Below are positions 52,782-64,000 of a stretch of 64,000 bases of DNA, in pieces. The stretch's first letter is position 1; every line of letters starts with the position of its first letter. The stretch is from Eledone cirrhosa (taxonomy: Eukaryota). The position numbers and the translations under genes are program-made. The notes beneath the pieces were generated by a model. That model did no database searches. It saw only the letters and a list, made by a program, of their open reading frames with translations, and was not told the origin of the DNA. The DNA lies in the NCBI GenBank assembly GCA_964016885.1, contig OZ024747.1, positions 60,078,001-60,142,000 on the forward strand. The letters are read 5' to 3'.

Positions 52782-53569
52782 GTTTTTTCCATATTTTTCT
52801 TAAGCCGTGTTGAAATTACTACAAATTACAATTAAAAAAAAATTGAAGCAAGGAAGAAACTCAACGGAAAAAAATGAATAATATTCTTTAAAAAATGTCA
52901 TTGAATATCTGAAATATTTCAACTGTTCATTGTTGAATGATGTCTGTATCAATGTAGTGAATATGAATAATGGATCCTTCATCTGTTGAGACGAGGATTA
53001 GTCCAGTTGTTCAATCACTTTGATTAACTACTCTTTAAATTAGCATGTGAATGTAAAATGATGTATGTATTAATGCAGTAAATAATAGATCCTTCATCTG
53101 TTGAGACGAGGAGTAGTCCAGTTGTTCATCATCTGGACTAACTACTCATTGATTTAGCATGTTAGGGTATATAAGCTAGGGATTAGGGTGTTGGACTTGG
53201 GAACATACATTTGTAGGTTCAATGTCTGAACTTGGATGACGTGTTCTTGAGCAAGACATTTCATTTCACACAGTTTTCAATGATTGGATTGCTGCCTTTG
53301 TCATTAAAACACCTGAGAAACCTCTTATGAGATGAAACATCATAGGAAGCCAGCCAAACTAACACAGATGAAGGATAGAAATATCATTCAGTTTCAATTA
53401 ACATGTAATTAACATATATTTCTCCATTATTCATATTCTATACACACAACTTTCTCCCACTGTCTCTCTCTCTCTCCCACCCCCCTTCCCTGTGTATTTG
53501 GGATGTTACTATATAAATATAGTGTGTCTACGGGATATTGCAGATGTCTTCTCTTCATAAAAGAGAGCT

Positions 53570-53900
53570 AGTTTCTATGGCTGGATACCTTTCCTGATGC
53601 CAACCACTTTACAGAGTATACCATGCGCATTGTATTGTGGCACCAGCACTATCATTTTACTGAATGTACTGAGTACATTCTGTTGTGGCACCAGCACTAC
53701 CACTTTACAGAATGTACTGAGTACATTTTATTGTGACACCAGCACTACCACTTTACAGTGTGTTTTAGGTTGCATTTTATTGTGGCACCAGCACTACCAC
53801 TTTACAGTGTGTTTTAGGTTGCATTTTATTGTGGCACCAGCACTACCACTTTACAGAGTGTATTGGATGCATGTTATTGTCACATCAATACTACAGAGGT
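53570..53900 (-). mobile_element. RTE 3'-UTR-type repeat with internal ~48-bp tandem units
   Basis: ctggatacctttcctgatgccaaccactttacag followed by repeated gtggcaccagcactaccactttacag. Confidence 0.7.
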
Positions 53901-54077
53901 TGTTATATAATCCACCAGACTGAAGTGTCCTCTCTACCCTATAGTCATTCTTATGACTGTGTGTGAGATCTCTTATGAATTAAATGTCTTCACTCATAAC
54001 GCTCTCTGTTAACTGCTTCTCATTAGTACTTCAAAATATGTGTTAAATGGACTTTGTAGATAGACAGCTCTTTAACA

Positions 54078-54342
54078 ATTTTATCGACCCCATAAAATAA
54101 AGTACCAGTAATGCACTGGGTAATTGCTGGCCTTGTGCCAACAGTATAAACAATTATTTGGATTGGCAGTATCGGTAGAGGGTCGGACGCCATGCTTTCC
54201 AGCATAGTTACGTCCCTTTACGGTTTGAGTTCAAATCCCGTCGAGGTTAACTTTGCCTTTCATCCTTACTGGGTCGATAAAATAAAGTACGAGTAATGTA
54301 CTGGGTGATTGCTGGCCTTGTGCCAAAAGTAGAAACAATTAT
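54078..54342 (+). mobile_element. Tandem family A SINEs
   Basis: A 3' half followed by a near-full copy with A and B boxes. Confidence 0.85.
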
Positions 54343-54499
54343 TTTTTGCTGATATTCACCTTGCCTAAAGACTGCCACAGTATTGAGTCAAATATCTTCA
54401 TAGCTTGTTGGAAGATTGAAGAATTTGGTGTGGAGAGGAACTATCTTTACAGTGAACTGTTTAAGAATAGTGGAAGTAAAACCTTCAGGATTAGGCTGG

Positions 54500-54900
54500 A
54501 ATCATCATCACCATTTAACGTCCATTTTTCCATACTTGCATGGACGAGTTATCCTGTTGTGAGTGATGCTAGGTCAGATGATCATGTCATACTCATACAG
54601 AACTGATTTTGGCCTGGTTTTTACAGTTGGATGCCCTTCCTAGCACCAACCTCATTTACAGTGAGTACTGGGTGCTCTTTGTTGTGACACTTACAAACCA
54701 CTTTACAGTGTGTGTTGGGTGCTTTTTGTCATGACACCTACAAACCACTTTACAGTGTGGACTAGGTACTTTTTGCCGTGACACCTACACGCCCACTTTA
54801 CAGTGTGTGCTGGGTGCCTTTTTGACATGTCACCTTCATGAACACTTTACAGTGGGGGCTGGGCACTTTTTGTCATGTTGCCATCACAACCACTTTACAG
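54500..54900 (-). mobile_element. RTE 3'-UTR-type repeat
   Basis: (CAT)n tail, tttaacgtccatttttccatacttgcatgg, ggatgcccttcctagcaccaacc and tandem ccactttacagtgtg units. Confidence 0.75.
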
Positions 54901-55380
54901 AATGTGAATCATATTGTTGTTTAACACTGAGTCAGCCCTCATCCAACATATATGAAATTAAAGCTGTTCCAGCTGTAACCATCCCATCAATTTTTCATAT
55001 GTATCCAGAACTACATTATTTAATGTAATCTTCATCTTTTTCAAGATTGTTGACTGTGATATGAGGGAGATTTAGCTGCTATTTCTAGCAGATACAAAGA
55101 TCACTTAGAAGCTCCTTTGTTTACTAATCAAATGGAGAAGTTTTCACATTTGGTGACTGTGTGACAGGTTGAATAATAAAGGAGTTTGCTGAGAACTTTG
55201 TGGTGAGTATGGGAAACAAATGTATGAGGGATGGCTAAGAGAGATAGTGATTGCTAGAATCATCATCATCATTTTCTTATATCCCCTTTCCACCCTACCA
55301 CTTTACAGAGTGTAGTGGGCACATACACTAACACTAGTGAGGTTGTTATATGCTCAACTAAACAGAAGAATCCTCTAAGA

Positions 55381-57066
55381 CACAGGTTCTCAAACCATTT
55401 AGGCCAAACGCCCCCTATTGTTCCTTGAAATCACGAAATGCCCCCTACCTTATTTTTCCATTTTTCAATATACTACTGATTTTGATATCAGTAGATTACT
55501 AAAAAATTGATTAACAATATTCAGGCAGCTGAGAGTATAAATACATTCCTTGAAAGGAAATATATAAATTTCAAAAAAAGGAACATAAATGTTCTTTTTT
55601 ATGAATAAGGACCAGTTGAATTTGTTATATTCCCAGCAGGCGATACCAGCTATTTTGAACATTTATACAAGAGCATCTCTGTCTATCCCAAGAGTGCTCT
55701 TATCTGGAAGAAAGTGGCAATTATATCATTTCAAAGCTTTCCAATTTTCCCTTTAATGAAATGGACAGAATAAATGTTGATATCAAACTTGATGTCCCCC
55801 CTGCTTTGTGAGCTTAGAGACCACAGAAGAGGGTTTTCATGACCACGCGGGAGGGTATATTTATTAGTAAATGGTAAAATATATACAACAAATGAGTAAT
55901 TGAATTGTAGTAGATGGTTTCCAGTCCAGTCAGACTGCAACTACAAATAGAAAATTATTAGTTTGCTTTGTAACAATAGCATATCCAAGTTTTCGTATAA
56001 ATCAACTTACTTTAACTTTGACTCATTTCAATGGGACCCTTGAGCTTCATGGAGTCTAGCTAAATCTTTGACGTGAGGCTGAATTTTCCTAAGATGTAGC
56101 CGGAGATCTCCACGTGTAATTACATTGTAGCGGTTGCAAGCCTTACTGTGCAGTCTGGAAACAACACCAAACCTCCTCTCGACTTAGTATGAGCTTGGAA
56201 AAGGCAGAGAAAATCTCTTAGCTTCTGCATGTAGGTGTGGAAATCAACGCTGAATTTCCTCTTGCAAAAAGGGGTTCACCTTTTTTGGGAAATCTAATTT
56301 TGATCATGTCATCTGCTTGAAGTTCAATGAATTCTTCCTGAAATTTAACGTCTAAATCGTCGACGTTAGCTATGAAAGCATCTGCTATCCACATTGGGAT
56401 GTCCATCGGCAAAAAGTCGACAAACCGTTCTCTCATGTTGTCTTGTAGCGCACGGAGGTGAGTGGTATATATTTGGAGTTGGTCATCGCTTACAATGTTT
56501 TGAACATTGGCGACACTAGGAAAATTATAGAATTCCTGTCAACAAAGATTCCTTTCGATGACATACAATTTGGCCAGGAATGTTTTCACAGCAAGGTGAT
56601 CTTCTTCCCCTGCAAAGCCAAAATGACGCTATTGCATTTGTCGAAGATGTTCGTGAGGTAGGCGGAGTCTTGCCTCACATCAAGGGTTTTCTTGTACAGT
56701 TCTGTGTTGCGTCCTTGCAGAAACTCAATGATAGAGTCGAACAGTTCAAAGAAGTGAGTAAGGCACTTGCCTTTTGAAAGCCACCTCACTATGAAGGAGC
56801 AACTTGACGAATTCTTCGTCATTATATTGGCACAGTTGCTGGAAAATTCGTTCATTGAGGGAAATCCGTTTGATAAAATTGATGACATCAATGACCACCT
56901 GCAAGGACTTGCTCAGAGGCTTGCTGAATTTCTTCGCAGCCAAGTGTTGTCGATGAATGACACAATGAACAGCAAATACAGATAGATTTTCTCTCTTCAG
57001 AAGATTGACGAAGCCCTTATGTTGGCCGACCATTGCTCTTGCGTCGTCCGTAGCACATGAAACAAT
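55381..57066 (-). mobile_element. hAT (Charlie/Buster/SCAND3-like) transposon, 3' part with frameshifted transposase
   Basis: Encodes IVSCATDDARAMVGQHKGFVNLLK..HCVIHRQHLAAK..LLLHSEV/RWLSKGKCL..F, with the C-terminal dimerisation region ending ..GDLRLHLRKIQP..HEAQGSH*. Terminal sequence cacaggttctcaaac at 55381. Confidence 0.88.
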
Positions 57067-57545
57067 GTGTGTTGCATGTGGTCCTAGCTGTATGTATTAC
57101 CTGCTTGTGTGTTGTATGTAGTCCTAGATGTATGTATTACCTGCTTATGTATTGCATGTGGTCCTAGCTGTATGTATTACCTGCTTGTGTGTTGTATGTG
57201 GTCCTAGATGTGTGTATTACCTGCTTATGTATTGCATGTGGTCCCAGCTGTATGTATTACCTGCCTGTGTGTTGTATGTGGTCCTAGATGTGTGTATTAC
57301 CTCCTTATGTGGTGTATGTGGTCCTAGATGCATGTATTACCTGATTGTGTTGTATGTGGTCCTAGATGTTTGTATTACCTGATTGTGTTGTATGTGGTCC
57401 TAAATGTTTGTATTACCTGCCTGTGTGTTTTATGTGGTCCGAGATGTGTTTGTGCTACCTCCTTATGTGTTGCATGTGGTCCTAGATGTGTGTATTACCT
57501 GCTTATGTGTTGTATGTGGTCCTAGATGTATGTACTACCCGCTTC
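57066..57545. repeat. 40-bp minisatellite, about 12 copies
   Basis: gtcctag recurs at 57081, 57121, 57161 and onward; it abuts the transposase break. Confidence 0.93.
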
Positions 57546-57588
57546 TGTGTTTTCTTTCTTTTTTTTATTTGTAATATTATTTATACAA

Positions 57589-58451
57589 TCTATATATATA
57601 AAACTGTGGTTGTCTGTCTGTCTATCGATTTTTGGCACACATCTCCTCTTAGAATCTCTCACGGAATTGCACCGAAATTGCTATACTTGTACATTGAGCC
57701 CTAGCGAAGACATCGGAAAAAAAAAAATTTCAAATTGACCCACCCTATGTGACGAAATCGAATATAATGTATCGATTTTTGAGCGTAAGTTATCAGTTAT
57801 TTCCCTTTGTTCTGTTTACATTGAGCGTCTTACGTAAAAAATTACGCTGGCCTTCTCAGCGTTTCCAGCCAGCAAAATATTGACCTGCAAAATTCATCAG
57901 TTCGAACACTAAGCTTCTGTTTTGCTTCATTTCCATTTAAAAGCATTTTAAAACAATATTTTTACTTGAAAACAAGTCTATTTAAAGACTACGTAAAACA
58001 AGCAAATATTTCGTCGTTAGGCGTGCAGACAGATAGTCGTGCAGAGAGGTGATATAGGCGTGCAGACAGATAGTCGTGCAGAGAGGTGATATAGGCGTGC
58101 AGACAGACAGTCGTGCAGAGAGGTGATATAGGCGTGCAGACAGACATAACTGATAATTTGGTTACGCTAATGTTTTTCTCTGCGTTGCAGTGTTTACATT
58201 TTCGATCTTTGTTAATAAATAACCAGTGCAGTTTTTATCCCCAGCATCCTCTTTTGTTATAACATTCGGGTTATCGTTATGTTTTCTTAACTTCATAAGG
58301 CATATTGTTGGTTGAGGGAATATTAATCAAAAACACCACATGCAAGTCTGCACAGTAGACACTACAGTTTTTAAGCCAAGAAAGAAACTTAACATTGTAA
58401 CTTTAACACAGCTACTGAGCGACCCCAAGCAACGCCGGGCTTTACTGCTAG
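57589..58451 (+). mobile_element. Non-autonomous Helitron, copy 2
   Basis: Same TC 5' end, hairpin plus CTAG 3' end and A^T insertion as 21892-23093. Confidence 0.88.
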
Positions 58452-59548
58452 TAGGGAATAAAATAGATCTACATAGTGTTAACTCGTTACGGTTGAATCA
58501 ATAATTTCAGACATGAAATACATTGTTATCGGTGAAGGAAAGATAAGATTCTAACTGGCTGCGCTCAAAGTGTCCTTGACCCAGATGACTGTGGGTTTTT
58601 CATTTTTAGGATCTCAATTACCGGTTAATGTCTAGACACGCCTGCACACCTGCTCACAGCTGCGGTCAGACTATAGTTATGCTGTCTGCAAGCTCATTCA
58701 AATGCATTCACACTGGCTGTCTCAAAGACATACAAATATGGCTTATGAAACTTACCAAAGTAAAGAGTCTTCCAGCGCCCCCCCCCCCCTCAAGCTCCAA
58801 ACGCTCTCCTAAGGCTACCTTGCTCCCAAACGACCCCCTCCCCTGGAGTTCCGAAACGCCCCTTGGGGGTGCATATGCCCCCATTGAGAACCTTTGCCAA
58901 ACACTAGAGAACATCTTAGTAAAAAAAAAAAATGAGAGTAAAGCTTCAAGCTACAATTTGCTGCGGAGCAAGAAATCTTGTACTCTGTGAGAGGCATAAG
59001 AGGATCTTTAGCTTTACAGCTAGCCATCTTAAAGATATTGTGGTGAGGAGTAAAAATTCAATAAAAATGAATGAGTATTACAGAAAACTTTTATCTTGAA
59101 ATATTGCTAATTAAAGAAATTGTCTTGAAATTCCTAGCAGTATTTTTTAGTTTGCCAATTTTTGTGTCATTTTTTTTCAGATGTTTTCAACTAGTCATTT
59201 ATTTAATTTTTTTCTTTATAGAATATTTCACTAGTTTCTTTATCAATATAATTACCTGTTTTAACATTTTAGCACAAGATGCAAAGATTTATCAGCTTAA
59301 CAGTTTCTTCTCATTTAATCCTCTCCTATTCTTCTTCTCTTTCATGTCAGTGAGCAGTTTATTTTAAATGGTTTGTCTGTAGAAGACATGTATTGGACTG
59401 TCTATGAATAGACTGTTATTAATGGACATACTTCCACTATTCCACTATTTATCTCACAAACTTTCTAACTTTTTACCAAAATTAAATTTCATATGAACGT
59501 TAAATGATTATATGTATGTGTATATATATATATATATATATATAAAAA

Positions 59549-59610
<62 letters not shown>

Positions 59611-59737
59611 ATATATATATATATATATATTTAAAATGTATATATTGTGTATATATGTATATATATAATGTGTAAATATGTATGTATATAATGTATATAT
59701 ATATGTATGTATATAATGTGTGTGTATGTGTATATAA

Positions 59738-59802
<65 letters not shown>

Positions 59803-60356
59803 AGTATACTTACTAATTTATTCACTGTTTGAATATCATGATGGCCTAGACAGGCTGATACAAAGAAATAGCTTCTGGTATACTGCTATAGAAATCACAT
59901 GTTCACCAATTCTTAATGTCAGAATCTAATAAAATACCTCAATAGGAACAATAAAAGTTCTGTGTGTGTGTCGTTGAAAATCTACTTCTGATGTAATTAT
60001 CAATTTTGCATGTATTCACTGGAATGGTGCAGCCATCTTCACGACAATCTTCCTCTATATTGCCCCATTAGTTAAAGTGTAGGTTTATCTAAATCTAGTT
60101 TGCTACTCTAAATAATACTATATTATTAGTATTGATAGATAAGTGAGCTTTGTTATCATGTAGCAATGTCAGAGTTGCTGTCCGTTGTGTTATTAACAAT
60201 CTGGTCATCTTCCTAGCAGCTATTAACTTTAGAAAAACTGCCATAGTAGTTGACTTCACTTCTTTACCTTTACACAGCTAGTAGCTGATAAAAATCATAT
60301 TCTATATACTAATGTACATTAACTCTGCCAATAGTGTCTGATAATATTTTGTATAG

Positions 60357-63091
60357 TAATATATCTCTACATGATGTATAGTATATCTCTACATGATGTA
60401 TAGTATATCTCCACATGATGTATGCTATATCTCTACATGATGTATAGTATATCTCCACATGATGTATACTATATCTCTACATGATGTATACTATATCTCT
60501 ACATGATGTATAGTATATCTCTACATGATGTATACTATATCTCTACATGATGTATAGTATATCTCTACATGATGTATAGTATATCTCTACATGATGTATA
60601 CTATATCTCTACATGATGTATACTATATCTCTACATGATGTATAGTATATCTCTACATGATGTATAGTATATCTCCACATGATGTATGCTATATCTCTAC
60701 ATGATGTATAGTATATCTCTACATGATGTATACTATATCTCTACATGATGTATACTATATCTCTACATGATGTATACTATATCTCTACATGATGTATACT
60801 ATATCTCTACATGATGTATACTATATCTCTACATGATGTATACTATATCTCTACATGATGTATACTATATCTCTACATGATGTATGCTATATCTCTACAT
60901 GATGTATACTATATCTCTACATGATGTATACTATATCTCTACATGATGTATGCTATATCTCTACATGATGTATACTATATCTCTACATGATGTATGCTAT
61001 ATCTCTACATGATGTATACTATATCTCTACATGATGTATACTATATCTGCACATGATGTATAGTATATCTCTACATGATGTATACTATATCTCTACATGA
61101 TGTATACTATATCTCTACATGATGTATACTATATCTCTACATGATGTATACTATATCTGCACATGATGTATAGTATATCTCTACATGATGTATGCTATAT
61201 CTCTACATGATGTATATACTATATCTCTACATGATGTATACTATATCTCTACATGATGTATACTATATCTCTACATGATGTATACTATATCTCTACATGA
61301 TGTATACTATATCTCTACATGATGTATACTATATCTCTACATGATGTATACTATATCTCTACATGATGTATACTATATCTCTACATGATGTATACTATAT
61401 CTCTACACGATGTATACTATATCTCTACATGATGTATGCTATATCTGCACATGATGTATAGTATATCTCTACATGATGTATAGTATATCTCTACATGATG
61501 TATACTATATCTCTACATGATGTATACTATATCTCTACATGATGTATGCTATATCTCTACATGATGTATACTATATCTCTACATGATGTATACTATATCT
61601 CTACATGATGTATACTATATCTCTACATGATGTATACTATATCTCTACATGATGTATACTATATCTCTACATGATGTATACTATATCTCTACATGATGTA
61701 TACTATATCTCTACATGATGTATACTATATCTCTACATGATGTATACTATATCTCTACATGATGTATACTATATCTGCACATGATGTATAGTATATCTCT
61801 ACATGATGTATACTATATCTCTACATGATGTATAGTATATCTCTACATGATGTATAGTATATCTCCACATGATGTATGCTATATCTCTACATGATGTATA
61901 GTATATCTCTACATGATGTATAGTATATCTCTACATGATGTATACTATATCTCTACATGATGTATACTATATCTCTACATGATGTATGCTATATCTCTAC
62001 ATGATGTATACTATATCTCTACATGATGTATACTATATCTCTACATGATGTATACTATATCTCTACATGATGTATACTATATCTCTACATGATGTATACT
62101 ATATCTCTACATGATGTATGCTATATCTCTACATGATGTATACTATATCTCTACATGATGTATACTATATCTCTACACGATGTATACTATATCTCTACAT
62201 GATGTATGCTATATCTGCACATGATGTATAGTATATCTCTACATGATGTATAGTATATCTCTACATGATGTATACTATATCTCTACATGATGTATACTAT
62301 ATCTCTACATGATGTATGCTATATATCTACATGATGTATACTATATCTCTACATGATGTATACTATATCTCTACATGATGTATACTATATCTCTACATGA
62401 TGTATGCTATATCTCTACATGATGTATACTATATCTCTACATGATGTATGCTATATCTCTACATGATGTATACTATATCTCTACATGATGTATACTATAT
62501 CTCTACACGATGTATACTATATCTCTACATGATGTATACTATATCTCTACATGATGTATACTATATCTGCACATGATGTATAGTATATCTCTACATGATG
62601 TATGCTATATCTCTACATGATGTATACTATATCTCTACATGATGTATACTATATCTCTACATGATGTATGCTATATCTCTACATGATGTATACTATATCT
62701 CTACATGATGTATACTATATCTCTACACGATGTATACTATATCTCTACATGATGTATACTATATCTCTACATGATGTATACTATATCTGCACATGATGTA
62801 TAGTATATCTCTACATGATGTATGCTATATCTCTACATGATGTATACTATATCTCTACATGATGTATACTATATCTCTACATGATGTATGCTATATCTCT
62901 ACATGATGTATACTATATCTCTACATGATGTATGCTATATCTCTACATGATGTATGCTATATCTCTACATGATGTATACTATATCTCTACATGATGTATA
63001 GTATATCTCTACATGATGTATGCTATATCTCTACATGATGTATACTATATCTCTACATGATGTATACTATACATCATGTAGAGATATATTA
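60357..63091. repeat. 22-bp satellite, about 120 copies, closed by one inverted unit
   Basis: Unit tatactatatctctacatgatg; the inverted copy lies at 63068-63091. Confidence 0.97.
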
Positions 63092-63159
63092 GGAGTTTAG
63101 TACACATTGTATAATAATCTCCTCCATCATCATCATCATCATTATTATTATTTTCATGT

Positions 63160-63405
63160 CCATGAGGAATAACATGTATTGTGCAGAAGAGATGGCACTG
63201 CACTGGTATGGTCATGTGATGCATATGGATGATAATCATTGGTTGAAGAAATGCCAAGAAATCCCAGTGGAAGGGAGCTTAGGTAGAGGGTGGAAAGAAA
63301 GAAAAAAGACCTGGGCAGATAGAGGTGATGAGAGCTAATCTTAAATTCACTGAATCATACAGTTGAGTTGACAAAGGACTGTGACAAGTAGAAAGATATA
63401 AAAAT
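63160..63405 (+). mobile_element. Degenerate RTE 3' fragment
   Basis: Encodes LHWYGHVMHMDDNHWLKKCQEIPVEGSLGRG..KKTW. Confidence 0.8.
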
Positions 63406-63544
63406 GAAGAACTCACCACTAGAACACCCATTAAAATATCTAAATACTGTCAAAGACAGTGATGGGCAAATATGCCTCAGAGGACAGAGATCAGCAACCA
63501 GTGGTCAACAGAGACACAATCCACTTTGGGGTTTGTCTCTCAGT

Positions 63545-64000
63545 TGCACACACATAAGAGATAGGTACACACACACACACCCATTATAGAGATATACACA
63601 CACAAATAATAAAGATACACATACACACACACATACACACACATAATAGAGATAGACACACACACATAATAGTGATACACAAACACACACACATAATAGA
63701 GATATATATACACACACACATATAGTGATATGCACATGCACATGATAGTGATACACACACACACACACACACATAATAGAGATATACCCACACACATAAG
63801 TGATACACAAACACACATACACGCACATAGAGATATATATACATACAAACACACACACATATAGTGATACGCACATGCACATGATAGTGATACACACACA
63901 CACACACACACATAATAGAGATATACCCACACACATAAGTGATACACAAACACACATACACGCACATAGAGATACATACACACACACACACACACACATA
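63545..64000. repeat. CA-rich compound repeat with ~140-bp duplications
   Basis: Seen directly. Confidence 0.9.

Noticed and set aside
58628-58990. 120-aa ORF
   Set aside because: It overlaps the putative hAT terminal sequence and homopolymer runs, with no domain signature.

Overview
AT-rich, repeat-saturated eukaryotic (animal) DNA. The SINE, RTE, CR1 and R4 families and the dense (AT)n/(GAT)n/(CA)n microsatellites suggest an octopus or other coleoid cephalopod; this is inferred from recalled repeat families, not from a search. No complete host gene is visible and most listed ORFs are microsatellite artefacts. Recognisable coding relics are a near-full-length but inactivated RTE LINE (40357-44075, -), R4/Dong-type RT and restriction-like-endonuclease fragments (1.0-2.8 kb), CR1 and RTE 3' fragments, an internally deleted Hsmar2-like mariner and a hAT (Charlie/Buster/SCAND3-like) transposase pseudogene. 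There are also two non-autonomous Helitrons, many tRNA-derived SINEs and about ten tandem arrays. The most notable observations are: (i) several different type I hammerhead ribozyme motifs of the Penelope/retrozyme kind, including a U3-A8 compensatory core variant; (ii) a 5.8-kb 61-bp satellite that arose inside an RTE 3'-UTR module; (iii) a 22-bp array that grew from one arm of a palindrome; (iv) a twin-priming-type inverted LINE; and (v) two same-phase candidate first exons on the - strand, suggesting the window may be the 5' intronic region of a large gene.
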